Assembly: GCA_020536535.1 (NCBI GenBank)
Contig: JAHLWZ010000822.1
Location: 45,337-109,336 of the forward strand
Length of the DNA: 64,000 bases
Reading direction: 5' to 3'
Source of the DNA: Pelomyxa schiedti
Taxonomy: Eukaryota; Protista; Evosea
Both the position numbers and the translations under genes were made by a program. Below are positions 37,411 through 51,600 of this stretch, piece after piece (the first letter of the stretch is position 1; every line of letters begins with the position of its first letter). The notes beneath the pieces are model-generated. The model was not told the origin of the DNA. It saw only the letters and a list, made by a program, of their open reading frames with translations, and made no database searches.

Positions 37411-39506
37411 TCAAAACCCACGTTTGTCTTCAGTGAAGAAGACGTTTGAGGTTTTCGAAGTAGGGCCCAGGCTTTCATGCTTATTGTATTGCTCTAGTAC
37501 TTCCACACAAAGTTCGAAGGTGGGTGCTTCATCTTGTTCTTGGTTAAGGAGGGTTGGAGATTTACACTGCACACCTTTATCTGGATACAAGCCAGTGGGT
37601 AGAAAAGCGTGCATTTCTTTTTCGTCAGAGGGGTCAAATTTAGACAGGTGCGTTCCAACGTGACTTTTAAGTGCAAGTTGGGCTGGATAAACTCCGGGCT
37701 CGAGTTCCCTCAATTCCTCCAGCTCCTTGAAAGACTTTTAGAGATAAATGAGGAAAAGTAAACCAACCCTGTGGGCTACACTGGCAGTAGCTTGGAAGGT
37801 AGGATACATTTCGTTAGTTGCAATGGGTCGTTCATAAAGTATACAGCTGGCTCTGGTTTCTGAGTCATAAACTGCCATATGCACACAAGCTGATAAGGCC
37901 GCCGCCACAACTAAGAAGTTGAGTTGGAAAATACAACCAAAAAATACTTGGGGGCTTACTTTGGGGACCAGTTAAGGTCTGGTTGACTTGTGGTCGGTTG
38001 ACGAGGAATACCACATTTGGGCAGAAGGAAAGGTCTGCATCTCGCTTTGGACCCAGGGCAGTGGAGACCCCTTGCTCTATTGTTGGTAGGTCGATAGTTT
38101 TCCAAAATATTTCCCTTGTGTATTCTGTAAGGTGGTTGGGTGATTAATGTAGAATGGAGACAGGTACCTGATACAGACAAAGTGTTTGGGTGCATTAGTA
38201 GCACCAAAGTGATGTGCTGAAGCATTGTAACATGCATTCCCAGAGTGACTAAACCGCTTGAGCGAGTATAAGGCCAGAAGTCAGCACCTTCAGCTGATTT
38301 CCTGAAAAGCTTCGACATGTGAAGGGGAGAAGTTTCATCTGAATTACTAAAAAGAAAAAAAATGAATTTAGTGAGAAGGTGCAGGAATTGTACTTACACT
38401 GGTCCATCCTGTATCCTAATGTCTGGGAACTGCAGGCGCAAAGACTCTTCTTCAACATGAACTAGATAATAATCGGTGAAAGCTTTGCTACTCTCTGCAG
38501 TAGCATTAATGGAAGAGTCCCGGAGGTCTCTAATATAAGGCAGCCGACGAAGAATGCACTGCGTAACAGAAAGATCGGCATGTGTACACAATACAGAATC
38601 ACCATAGAACATACCTGAAAAGAGTTGGATTTTTAAGGATTTCAGGGGGGTGCATACATCCACTTAGGATGTTTGAATTAGCACACAGAGAAAATAATAT
38701 CTGCGATGCACGGAGGAAAAGTTTATTGCTTTTATGCTGAAGTCGTGTGTAAAGGATCGGTTGAAAGAGATCAGAAAACCAAGTTGTAGTTTGTGCATCA
38801 ATAAACCTAAGGTGATGAGCAGTCGTTCTTTAGGACGCTGTGTGGTGCCTTACGGTGCCAAAATAGAATTGCCAATTGGTTTCAGTGATTTTATCAATTC
38901 AGTTCTATTGGAATGAGCTGCCGCACGAATAGCGGAAACAGAGCCATAGAAAAACACAATACTTGCCACCATCTGCTCAAGGGTGGCGTGCATCACGGCA
39001 TCGGGCTGGTACTCCAGGGCTAGTAAGCCAATAGTGATAGGAGTTTTTACCTGAAGGACCACAATAAGTACTCAGGGAAGGGCCCTTCTTTCTCGCACAG
39101 TTTTAAGGATATCACACCCTGGGATCATCTTCCAATTGATGAAACGCTATCTTGTGTTGTGCCAAGCACGCAGTTTTAGCCTGGGACTTGAAAATATCAA
39201 AAGTGTATTGCCTCATGGCCAGCGATGTCTGCACCAGCCACATCCTAGTTTCCATCGACACACACTGCGGGTGAAAGTACAGAGGAACCTCTTCCTCGCA
39301 TCCACCTTCAAGTACTACTCTGCACGTTAAAATTGGAAACGACACGCGAGTACGAAACAGCGACATGGTTCATCGAGGGGGGGAAAAAGACCTTCGTCAA
39401 ACATGAACACGCAAGCATTAGGTACAGCCGTTTCTGGCCTGTGTGCCGCACCCACCGGCGGCCCCGTGAGATCAGGCGCAGATCTCAGCACACCACCCGA
39501 CAACAT
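37411..39506 (-). CDS. CCZ1: CCZ1/HPS4-like longin-domain Rab GEF subunit
   Basis: VFMFDE..EEEVPLYFHP..AMRQYTFDIF..AKT..MVL..FFYGS resembles the first longin domain of CCZ1/HPS4; CCZ1 versus HPS4 is not resolved. Confidence 0.6.
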
Positions 39507-39611
39507 CCGACCCTTTTTGTTTTTATTTCCTCTGTCTTTTGTGATCGTGGTTTTCGTTTGTTTCTTTTTGTGCAGCAGATCCCCGGACAAGTCGACAGGG
39601 CGCCCCATGGG

Positions 39612-41772
39612 ATGGGATGTATTCTGTCCCTCAGACGAGGCCGAAATGTAAGCAGCACCAGCTCGTCGACGTCGCCGGCAGATCGCATTCGGGAGCGCGA
39701 GAGGCTCCTGGGGCTGTGCCACGTCGTGTGGACGTGCGTGGTGCCGTACTACAACGGGGCGCCGCGCGACCGGGCCGGGGAAAACATGGAGGCGTGGGCC
39801 GTCGAGCTCCTGCGGGTCGCCGAGGCGCTGTGGCCGCTGGTCCCCGCCGCCTGCTCCCGCTCCCTGGCCCGCGACTCCCGCTACTTCACCCTCCGCTGCG
39901 CCTCCATGGCCCCGGCGCCCTCCTGCCTGCGCTGGGCCCTGCGCCGCACCCGCGCCCGCGCCACCGGCGGCGGCGGCGGCGGCGGCGGCTCCCCGGGCGC
40001 GGCGGACAAGGAGCGCATGGCGGTGCTGTGGGGGCTGTGCGCGGGGGGGCACACCGAGATGGCGCGGGACTTTGTGGGGCGGCGGGGGGCGGGGGGCGCC
40101 TGGGGCGCCTGCGACGGCGACGGCGACGGCGACTGCGGGCTCGCCTGGCCCGAGGAGGACCGGGACCTTGTGGAGCTGATCAGGAGCCACACTGGGTACT
40201 TCTCGCTGATGTACAATGTGTGCGGGAATGGGCACCTGGGCACGGCCAAGTGGGTGGCTGAAAGGTTCGGAATTAGGGAAACTTGGGAGGTGGCCGACAC
40301 CTTTGTGCACTCGCTGGGATCCGGCCGCCTTGATGTGGCAAAGTGGATGGCTGACACTTTCCAGTGTGACCACCTGCAGTGGTATAGTTATGTGAACTTC
40401 GACTGGATTGCTGGTGGTTGCTGCGTTGATGTCGCAGAGTGGCTCATGGAGAGGCTTCCGGACTGTGATTTCAACAGCGGGGGCATTCTCTCAATAGTAT
40501 CGTATAGCAAGAATGACACCGAGGAAGTTCTGAAGCTGTGCCAGTGGATCCATGAAAAATTTTCCCTCTCCCCCCATGAAGTGGCTTCGATTTACAACGG
40601 AGCTGTTCTCAAGTGGGCAGCTGACACATTCCATGTAACGCCCACAGTGGAAAATTTGAACGATCTCTTTTCATCCCGGTCTCTAGAGCTCAGCTTCGTT
40701 GAGTGGCTTATTGTGAACCAAAATATAACACCAAATAACGAATCCTACATTTCGGCCTGCAAAAATCCAAATGACGACGTGGGTGTAGTAAGCTGGCTAC
40801 TAACAAATAGAGCTCCTCTTACTCCGGCAGTTCTTATAGAATTACTCTGTGCTTCCCTAGCTCATAACAATATGAGAATAGCATCTTTCCTGGAATTCCA
40901 CTACCACATAATGGATGAAGTCAACACAAGTCCATCTGGTGTACCCGATGTTCTCCTGAGTATTTGCAATCATTCGCACGCTGAGGAGGAAAAAACTGAC
41001 GGCATAGAGTGGTTTCTTCACCACACATCAACGCAACGCATTCCCGACGATGCGGGTGCTGAAATCGTAAACTGTTCTCTTACAAGTTCTATGTATCCCG
41101 CCACTCTGCTGTTACTGGAAAAGCTCCGCATTGATCCCATTAAATTCCCAAAGTTGATGCGCGATGTCCTTGTTCAAATTGCTTCAACGGATGTCACCCT
41201 CCTGAAACGCCTTGTCTCCATTGTGGGAATTGACTGCTACAACCAAGAGGTAATTGTAGAGTGTCTTACAAACGATAAGCATGGAGTCTATTCCAGCAAA
41301 GTCACCAAATGGCTGGTGATGCAATACCACCTAGAAGCTTCTCAAATTAAAAGCAACACGAACTTCTTGTTGTACAACTTACTATACATGAAGAAGAACA
41401 ACTGTTCTGAGTGGCTAATTCGAACCTTTGACATTACTTTACCGGAAGTTCGTTCCTCTATCTCGGCTTCCACTACTAACAGATTAATTAAAGATACTGG
41501 ACATGATGACAAAGTGGTTCACAATTGACTCCTACTCTCGCGCCAACCTTAACACAGTGAAACTGCTCATGAGGCTGTTCCCCAGCATCACATCAGACAT
41601 GATCAGAAAATGCTTCCTCAGGATAGCCCTGAGTTCACCAGTGACTGCACAGTACATCATCAACAAGTTCCCCACAATAACAAAGCAGGACCTTGCTGAA
41701 TACCATGCCAAAGAACATACACTGCAGGTGTCTGTTGAGACCAGACTGTGGCTTGACACATGGGACCACTGA
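39612..41772 (+). CDS. Degenerate ankyrin-like repeat protein, lineage-expanded family, MGC N-terminus
   Basis: CAGGHTEMAR, CGNGHLGTAKWV, GSGRLDVAKWM repeats; one intron at ~41447-41493. Confidence 0.78.
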
Positions 41773-42042
41773 GCTTCATTATTTGTTCCATAGTGCCAAA
41801 AACCCTTGTGAATTTCAACCAATCCTTTGTTGTCACTAAAAACAACCAACATCTATCCACGACTCGGTAGCAAGGTTGGCATTAGTTCCCTGCGTGACTG
41901 ATGAATTGCCCCAAGAAGCCCCAATGAATCTCACAGTTTGAAAAACAACTCTCCAATGCTGCACTTTCGAGATCCATCGATCTCTCTCAGAAGAAGGGAG
42001 CAAACCGATCGAAATCAAATCAAAGAGAAAAAGCAAGCCAAG

Positions 42043-43615
42043 ATGATGAGCGACAACAACCCCTTCTTTGAGACAACCAACAACCCATTTGACGCCGAGC
42101 CGGGCGCCTTTGACGAGGAAGATCAAGCCCCGCCCCCTGTCCCTCTCCACACGATTTCCGTCGACGGAGTCCCGGCCGTCGTCCCGCCCGCCGCGGCCGC
42201 GACCGCGACGGCGTTCGCGTACGCAGATCCCGCCGAGCCCCCGCCGCTGCCGCCGGCGCCGCACCGAGCAAACCCCGAAGATCCCGGCTACTACGAGGTC
42301 ACGACGGGCACCTCCGCGCAGCCTTTCTACGCCCCGCCTGCTCCTACCGTGGTGGTGGCACCGGCGAAGGCCCTGCCGCCGCTCCCGCCCCATGTGGCCG
42401 TCGCGGCTCCGGCGGCGCCCGTGCTCGAGGCGCCGCCGCCTCTCCCTCCTCACGGTGTCCCTCCTACTATCACTTTTGTGTCTGGCGCTGGTCTGCCTGC
42501 GATGCCCCCTGTGGACGACGTGTGCTTTAACTACTCGCCCCAACACTAAGTAATAGTGGTTGTCTCAATTTTTAACAGAAGGCTGCTGCTTACTCGGAGC
42601 CTGCACCTGCACCTCCTCCTGGTTGAGCGGCCTCTTATCTCTTAATATGTTAATATGTTGTGCACAGCAGATACAACTCCCAAGAACTGCAGGCAACGGA
42701 TGTGCTGCAAATTCCTCACTGTTGAATTCTATCGAGCCTTTTTTGATGTATCTACAGGAGATGTAAGGATTCTTGAACAAGAGAACTTTCAAGTTCTGAC
42801 TTGGAAACAGGTTCTGGGAAGGACTCTCTTGGGGCTTTTCCCAGTGAAGAAAAACTTCTTTGCTGCTGTTGCCCCAAAGCCGGACATGTATGGGCCCTTT
42901 TGGATTGCATCCACTGTGCTGTTTACTCTTGCTATAATTGGCAATCTTGCTGAATACTTTGTCTACTGGAGGCATGGCAGAAAAGATGAATTTCAGAGTG
43001 ACTTCGGAAAGGTATGACCCCGTTTCGAATGTAACTTCCCCCAGTAAAATAAGCGCCCCAGATTGGGTTTGCCGCCGCCGCTGTATATGGTTACCTCTTT
43101 TTGGTTCCATTAATATTATGGGCTATTCAAAAAGCCCTTAATGTTGGATTATCTCTTGTTGAACTGATTTGCTTGTATGGATACAGTTTTTCCGCATATG
43201 TAATACCAACCGTGAGTATCGCAATCCGAATTGTGCCAGCTTAATTACTCTGTGAAAGGTAATTTGCATGATGCCCTTTAACTGGCTTCAATGGCTACTA
43301 GTACTTGTTGCGTTTCTAATGACCACCTTTGCCTTAGAGTGGACTCTATTTCCACCATTCAGGTTCTTTTTTTTTTTTTTTTTTGCTCTTCCTCAATTAT
43401 AATCTTAATCACAACCTCACCTCAATGTACACAGGAGAGCTGGTGTAAAATGGTGGTTACCTATCCTTATTGGAGTTGCTGTTGTAAATGGAGCTTTTGC
43501 CTTCACACTCAAGATATACTTCTTCAAATTTGATGTCTCCTATGCCAGCAGCTCTGACGGTGCGCCGCCTGCATCATCCCCACCTCCACCTCCTGTACTC
43601 TCTAGTGCTTCTTGA
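42043..43615 (+). CDS. YIPF1: Yip1-domain membrane protein (YIPF1/2-like) with Pro-rich N-terminus
   Basis: FYRAFFDVST..VL.R, KPDMYGPFWIASTVLF, ELICLYGYS, several TM segments. Confidence 0.88.
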
Positions 43616-43746
43616 CTTTCTCAACCTTCAGAAGGTGTAAATAAATAAAAACAAACAGCGCCAAAAGCCAAAAAAACTGCACCCGCTTATTAAAAACACC
43701 GCGGCCCAAAGCAAGATCTGAATTTTCATCAGTTCCCGTAGAGACA

Positions 43747-46700
43747 ATGGAGATGCAACAACAGAGATCAGAGGACGTCGCGGACGCGTCGGGGGTGAGC
43801 GCCTCAGCTATTGCGAATGCGAGTTCGGCGGCGAGCAGCAGCGGGAGCAGCGGGGCGCCGCCCACTTCCCCTCCTGGGTTTGCTGCCACCTCGCTGTGCG
43901 GCTGCCCCACGGCCCCGTCTGTGTGCTGCGCGCGGGGCCCCGCGGGGAGCCGAGGGGGCACGTCGCGGCCCAGGCCCGAGTGCAAGTGCATGCTGGAGTC
44001 GGCCGAGTTTGACAGGGGCGCGTCCTCGTGCGAGGGGTGCCGCGGCGGCGGGGCGTGCGAGGGGGCCAACCACAGCCCGGCGCCCCGCGACCCCTCTCCC
44101 TCCCCCTGTCCCTCGTCTTCGTCGGCCGAGCCGCCGCCGCCCCCGTCTGCTCCGGGTTGCTGCGCCCCCCCGGGGGGGACACTCACTGGCAAGAGGCCGA
44201 GGCCGGCGGATACAGTGGGTGCCGTGGCGACCGAGACCAACAACCAGGGGCGATGCTGCGGTGGCGGGGGTGAGGGCGAGGGCGCCGACGACGACGATGA
44301 TGATGGTGATGGTGAGGGTGAGGGTGAGGGGGGCTGGAGCAATTGTGGCATTGTGGGACAAAGTGGGGAAGGAGGGAATGGGAGCGGGGGCGGGGACAGG
44401 GACAGGGACAGGGACAGGGACATGGACGAGGCTGGCGTAGTCGCGGTGGAAGGGGAGAATGTGTTGCATACACCTGCTTCCGGAATTATGGGGCGGCAGC
44501 AATCACAGTCAGAAGTACAAAAGCAAAAGCAAAAACCAAAGAAAACTCAAACACATAAGCAACAGCAAACCCAACCACATCAAGTACAATCACCACATCA
44601 AGTACCAATATCACAACAGTCACTAGTTCATGCTGAACTCCAACCACCCCAATCACAGTCACAGCCACAGCCACAGCCACAATCACAGCCACAGCCACAG
44701 TCACAATCACAATCACAGTCACAGTCACAGTCACAGTCACCACAACCTAAGTATGATTGGCAGCAGGCCTACGCTGACAACGACACCTGGATGACGCGAA
44801 TAGCTGCAATTCCTCCTCCACCCCCTAATTCTGCGGTTTCACAAGTTAGCCCACGATCGGCAAACTTTTACAAGAGACGCCGGGTTGCAACTCCCCGTAG
44901 TACGTGTGCTCCCCCACCCACTTCCCCTGCACTGGAACACCCTAGTTGCCCTCCTCCTTCTGCCAAACAAACTCCCATGAGCCATAAAACGACTACACGC
45001 ACACCTTCACAATCTGCCACTCCTATCACAGCGAGAACACGTCAAAGGACTTCAAGCACCAGAAAGAGAGTTGGCCAGTCAGTTGAGACAGTGGCCCCTC
45101 CATCTCCACAACTGGAGGTACAAGTTATCTAAAAAATGCGTCCTAGCACCCTGCATTTCATCTCACAGTTTGACAGGGAACCAAAGATAATCCTGTTGAA
45201 GTTGATGATTTTGTCCCCCCTCCATGTACTCCTCTCAAGGTTGCACCAGTAAACCCCAATATCCCAGTGACACCACCACCTCGTGCCAAACATGCTTATG
45301 GCGTGAAGGATGTAGTTTTCATGAAGAAAAGTATGCCTGGCGAGGGCACATGTGCATTTGGGAACAGAACCTTGCGGATTTTCAGCCAAGTACGTACCAT
45401 TTGTTGATGCTTTAACTTATAGACCACTGTAGTCCTTCAAGCCTATTGAAATTGCCGCCCAAACAGTGAAGGAAATAAAGGTTTCTGACGATATGCCTGT
45501 GCACGTGTGTATAGTTTTTGCAGCCTTGGATGACCCCTCCAAAGAAATAGAGATGACATTTGTTACTGAAGGTATTTATCATTTAAATTGTTATTGACTC
45601 TGATCTCTGTAAGGTGGTCCTGGAAGCCCAAAAGAGCTTTCTTCATACCTTCAGTCGTGGAAGGGAAATCTCAGCTCGGCAATGGTAACTAGATCTATGT
45701 CCCGCAGAGCCGCTGCCGCCACACCCCGGGTGGTATCTCAGATCGATGTAGATTCTGTTTTCCCGCCAGATATGATGGAAGAGGGAATTATTGAGATATC
45801 ACCATTGGAAGAGGACAATACTATTGTGTTGAGATACCCAGAAGGCGACCCAGATGCAATTGCTTTGAGTAGTGGTGATATTGCGAGACTAAAACCCAAG
45901 AGATTGATCAATGACAACTTGATTGCATTTTATATGCGCTTCTGCACTGAAAGAGCCCAGAATAAAGAGAGATTTCATTTTTTCAACACGTACTTTTTCA
46001 GTGGACTGCAGCGTGGCAGAGATGTACACAAATGGACACGGAACGTATGGTCCTCATCCCCATCTGAACTATATACGAGATAGACAGGTGAATATTTTCG
46101 AAAAAGATTTCCTTGTGATACCTGTTCATATAGGATCAGAGAGGGCTGTATGCCAAACTCTGGCGTACGTAAATATTTTAACAAAAATGTAGGCTCATTG
46201 GAACTTGGTGATAGTTGTGCTTGCCACTAGCCCCGAAGTCTTCAAAGAAGCACCTTGCCTTATTATGCTGGATTCGATATCTGGGAATTACCATAAACCG
46301 ATTGCCGGGCTTATCAGAAAGTATCTTAAAGAAGAATGGCAAGCAAGACATCCTGATGAAGGCCCTACTCCTTCCCGAGATTTTGGATCTGTCGGTCTAC
46401 TCTATCAGGCCCCAAGGAGTGTACAGATGCAGTCAAATACATGGGATTGTGGTGTCTACTTACTATACTTTATCAAGGTATTATTACCTTCGTTTCCATT
46501 GGTCCCCCATCCGAGCTTCACCCCCTTCAAAACAGCTTTTTGTCGAGGAGAATCCCAGGAGCATCGCCGACATCAATAGCTGGAACCAAATCATCACACC
46601 CAGACAAGTGGAAACCTTCAGGGGAGAACTACAGCAGACGATTCGAGCCCTAATCCCCGCCGACCCCAACACTGCGGCCGCCGAAGATGATGTGGTGCCA

Positions 46701-47060
46701 CCGGCTCTCTCTCCTGAGACTCCGCCTACCCAGCCATCGCAAACACCCGCGGCCACACCCACAACACCCAGCCACAGCCAGCTACCGCAAATCAAAGTTC
46801 ACAGCAGAAGGACTTCGTGCTGCACAACACCATCATCAACAGCTACAACCACAACCACGCACAGTGCTGAAAGTGATCCTAATACTCCACAACCATCCCA
46901 CAATCCCTCTTCACCCCAGATATCACTACTGTCCCCTTCATCACCCCTAACACCCCAACACACTCAGGAAATTTCTACTACAACTACCACAGCCCAACCC
47001 CCACAACTCACTGACGAGGAACATCACACCCAAAATAGCACAAACAAAGGTGGAATGTAA
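43747..47060 (+). CDS. Ulp1-family (peptidase C48) SUMO protease, Ulp2/SENP6-7-like
   Basis: [57 protein letters not shown]: His-Asp-Cys triad intact. Confidence 0.92.
44392..44421 (+). repeat. (GGGACA)n hexamer repeat (Asp-Arg)
   Basis: Five tandem units. Confidence 0.85.
44650..44740 (+). repeat. CA(G/A)(T/C)CA hexamer repeat (Gln-Ser/Gln-Pro)
   Basis: About 15 degenerate tandem units. Confidence 0.85.
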
Positions 47061-47134
47061 CCACCCAAAGAAAAGGAAATTTTTCATACTTTGTGTTTCT
47101 ATTGACATTTTACGAGGGGTGTTTTTTGTTTCTT

Positions 47135-48252
47135 CTAGGTCTTGTTGGGGACTGGGTTGGCTTCAGGTGCTTTCAACCAAATAGGGCGGACTTCCCTAAT
47201 TACATATTCATCAACTCCATCAGGTAGCATGGCTTTCAAAGTGGCACAATCATTGTCCCTCATTGCTTTTCTCACGGCTGTGGAGCTGACCTCTCTCAAC
47301 TCACCAGGAACAATCTCAATTTTAGAAGGTTCTGCACCAGCGTTTTTTACTGCTTCCATTACACGGGCCAATTCTGCAGTATGGGAAGGTCTCCCTAAAA
47401 CAAGCCAAGTGCACATAGAATTCCTATATGCACAGCAGCGCAGAACAACATCCGCACCATATATTTCACGTACTTCCCACTTATAGGCTTTGATGAGTGG
47501 TGGATGGAAGGTTTACAAAGTCAATGCAGTATCAAGTCAAAGTATGCATACAAACTTGGAAATTTTTCGATAAGGTAGTCAAGAATCAATTGCCTTGAAG
47601 AACGCCCATTGGGGTAGCCCCATGGACAGACATCAATCCAATCAGAGTTAGAGACGGCAAGTCTTTGTAACACTGAATATTGAAGATATAGGAAGGACAC
47701 ATTTTAGCACCTGCACATTGCGTTCCTGGCTGAAAGATTAATAAAGTCATTACCAAGTTTGGATGAAACATAAGAATCAGATGATGGTGCAAGGTATCCA
47801 CCAACAACCTTTGGTTTGAGTAGGCAAAAAAATAACTACACCACAGTTACCTTGAGGTAATATTTGTTTTCCAGATATTCTTTAGCTTTATCGAACATTT
47901 CCATGTGCATTTTGTGAACTGATTTGCGGATTAAAATAATAAAAAAAACCAGTGGCTATAAGTAGATACTCGGGGCGAAAGAGCCTGAGGAGAGTAAGAC
48001 CATAAAACGGAGGTCGGAAGTGTCCCCCCCAATGGCAGTTATGGGATCAGTTATTTTCTTGATGTTTGCGGTTATTTTGTCCACAGACACGGGGTGTGAC
48101 AAGGGGTCGTTTTCAATGGGCTCAATGGCAAACCCATTTAGCGGGCCCACTTGGTCCCGAAACCACGAAACTCGACTGACACCACTTCCTTGCACCGTAG
48201 CGGGCTTGGAAACTTCGGCCTCAGCAGCTGGGCTTGAAGAGGAAACCCCCAT
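47135..48252 (-). CDS. NMNAT: Nicotinamide/nicotinate mononucleotide adenylyltransferase-like (cytidylyltransferase fold)
   Basis: Spliced GSFAP VHKMH, VVGGYLAPSSDSYV, GADVV, VSSTAVR..LPDGVDEYV. Confidence 0.8.
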
Positions 48253-48614
48253 CAAATTGTGCTTTGTGGAATGTCAGTTGGAAAGGTCAGAATACAAAAA
48301 AAGGGAAACGCGCCGAGTAACGTCAAGAACACGGAAGATCTTAATTGAAGAAATGCCAGTGCTGCCACTCACGGGGTTATTAATACCCAATCGAAGAGGG
48401 AAAAAAGAAACCCACAAACTTAATTTCTCGTAATGCCACAGAAGGAAAGTAGGAAAAAGACAACGAATCGATAAAGAAAAACAAAAAAAAACTTTGACAA
48501 CAAAGCCCGGGCTTTGTCGCTGTTCCCCGGACCCCACAAAAACATAAGAAATAGACAACCCACACCGCCATGCCGGGGACCAAGATCCGCCCACGAACGA
48601 CGACCTCGTGGCCA

Positions 48615-51600
48615 ATGGCTAATGCGCGAACAGCGATAACAACGTTATTTATCGTATCGACCTTGTTTGGTCGCTACTACGTAGGGGCTGACGAAAGTTG
48701 CACATTTGTCAACGAATCACCTTTGTTCGTCTTTCCTCCCAGTGCGTTGCCCCTTTCTTGTTTTCACCTTACCACTAGCTGTTTTTTTCCAGTGGGTTTA
48801 CCGATTTTCAGGCGGCTATGTGTTTGACGAAGTCGGGCTGGGAAGGCAGGTCAACTTCACGGTACTTGTTCCTTTTTTTCCTCTCCGTTTGTAATTTACC
48901 TGCCACAAATTCCAGTGGACTTTCACTTCTTGGGCTAAAGGGGAAAACTGTACTTGCCATCACTTTGTTCTGTACTTAGCTGGGGCGGATTCCTATAAGT
49001 GTGGAGATTGTTCATTGAGTACTTGGCTTAATTTAACTTAAAGATCGGATTTTATTGATTGTGCTTTTAACTTCACAAGTGTTACCCCATTTTACGACAC
49101 TGTCACGCTAACAGAAGCTGGAGACTACACTTGGAAGATCGAGTCTTGCAATTGTACTCCCCCCCTTTTTAGCCGCCAATTCACTGTTCTAGGGGAATTG
49201 TACAACAACGAAGTTCAGATTTGTACAGTATTACCCTTTTCTGGTGTTCCCTTTTGCGTCAGAGCTGGCCCGCAGACTAAACCCACTCTCGATTCCCCAA
49301 AGGGAGGCGCTCCACAATCTAGGACACCAACATTCACAGTAGGTTACTGTAACTATTTTTTCAGAGGTTTTAAAACATAACAGTGGGAAACCATCAGCGA
49401 CTGGGGCCGCTCATGCACAACAGACGATGTCAACACTATCACTATTCTCCTTAAAAATGAAACTACCGACTTCCAGGTATTGGATTGGGTACTAGGGTGC
49501 AAGACTTATCTGTGGGCAGGTTTGGCACGTTCTTGATGGCTCTGAGACATCTTTCGATACGCCAGTTTTTGAAAGTTTTGAAAACGGTCTTTATACATGG
49601 AAACTCTCAATTTCTAATGGGTAAGATTAATTTTTTTTTCCCGGTAAAAACACTTCCTTTCTCCCAGGTACTCTTCCGCTTTGAACTCCTCGGAAGCACA
49701 ATTCACTATTTGTGACAATGGCACCTCTCCAGTTGCTCCAGTGTTGACTATACCAGGCGCTGAATACCTGCCTAGACTTCCTTCTTTCACATGGTTGTTT
49801 ACTTCTTTGTCTTCAACTTTCCAACTCTGGATAGGACCCTCACAGATTGGGGATATGACTGTGGCAATAGTGCTGCTCGCAAATTCGTGATTTATATAGA
49901 TACATCACTATCTCCAACTACGCTAGTTGGGGAGACCGCCTCTTCTGTTTATTCTTGGTCTGCAACAGAGAAATTGAACAATGGGCAAACTTATAGGATA
50001 AGAGTCAGCGCTGTTAATGGGATGGAGTTAGAAACATCGAGCGCTGTTTATACCTTCGTTGTTTGTGAAGATACGGCTCCCTCTGTCCTCCTTTCAGTTT
50101 GTTATCATCTTGTGCAAGGTTTTCTTCCTAACTATTCCTCAGGTAAGTCCTCCAAGTTCTGTTGTTGGTGATATCGATAGCCCAATCACTTTTTCTTGGG
50201 CTTCTCCGTCCAGCTGGGGTTTTGTATGTGGTAGCAATGCATCACTGAGCTACGAGTTCTCCTATGCTGGAGATACTTTTACAACATACGAAAATACGTA
50301 TGAATCTACTATTGCCGACCTATCTGGACTTCACTCCTGGAGCGTCACTGCTGTAAATAATGCGTTATCCAAGCGCAGTGACTTTAGTTTCAGCCTCTGC
50401 TCACCTACTGGCACTGGCGTTCCTTCAAATCTAGCAGTAGAGGTATTTCTTTTGAGCTAAAACATGGAAGGAATTAAGATTAACCAGGATAAATTGAGCA
50501 CACCTAAACTTGTATGGGAATGCTACACTGGTGATTCCTGTTCACTAGGGACCCCTTCATTCCTGCTTCATTTGTACAATAGCGGTCGTAACCTTTCTGT
50601 TTCTGTGGAAACAACAAGTAAAGCTGATGGAGGCGAGTACACTCCTTCCCCACCTCTATCTTCTGGGGTATGGACCTGGATAGTTTTTGCAAATAACGGA
50701 TATGACGGTTTTTTACCTCTCGTGGTAACTGCGTTCTAATTGTTCTGCAGCAAACTGGAACAATGCGGCATCTCAATTTTGTATTACTTCGGTTGACAAG
50801 CCAACCCTCATTTCACCAGCTGACGGGAATCACACAAATTCCCTTGTTACTTTTGAGTGGATCATTAACCACTCTTATCTGTGCCCAGAAGACGATTCTT
50901 CCCTTAATTGCACACTCGTTTTGGGTACATCCACAAATGTTACCCGAATATCAATTGGGTCTGCTACCACTGGGGCGATGAGCTACTCAATTGATTTGCC
51001 GATATCAGGAGAAGTATGGTGGAATGTTGAAGTTATCGGTGCAACTACAGGTTCATTATTTGCCAGAAGTGACACGCACTGGTTTGATTTCTTTTACTGG
51101 TGAGTCTTTCTCTTCACAATTAAGGAACTAAAATGGAGGTAGCTTTGGACAATCTGCGTCCACGGCAACTGAGATTTTTCCGTTCGATGCTACTCTAGGA
51201 GATGGTTCCACACTGACTTGGGAAGACAAGGGCCTGGGAACCAATTGTGGTTCTTCCACCTCAATCCGGGGTTATACTGTTAGTGTGATGGATAAGAGTT
51301 CGTTCCTACGCACAATTACTTCCACCACTACAGCAGTCAACGTTTCTGGTCTTGCAGCTGGTGTAACGTATCAGTGGACGGTAGAAAAGTGACAAACCAG
51401 TAACTGTTTTAATGGATTGAGTAGATAGCTGCTTCAAATGGTCTTACGACAGTCTCCTCCGGTCCATTCTCTTTTATTCATTGCTTGACTGGTGCCACTG
51501 TGCCTGCTGTAACTGGTGCCTCACCCTCCAACCAAAACGTTCCTCTTCCAGTCAAACTTCAATGGGATGCCATTAATTGTACGTTCCAGAGACAACTTTT

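Noticed and set aside
41447-41530. Apparent frameshift in the ankyrin-like gene
   Set aside because: Explained by an intron (GTTCGT...CTAAC...AAG)
22084-47060. SUMO gene cluster (poly-SIM protein plus SUMO protease)
   Set aside because: About 20 kb apart with unrelated genes between; no evidence of clustering
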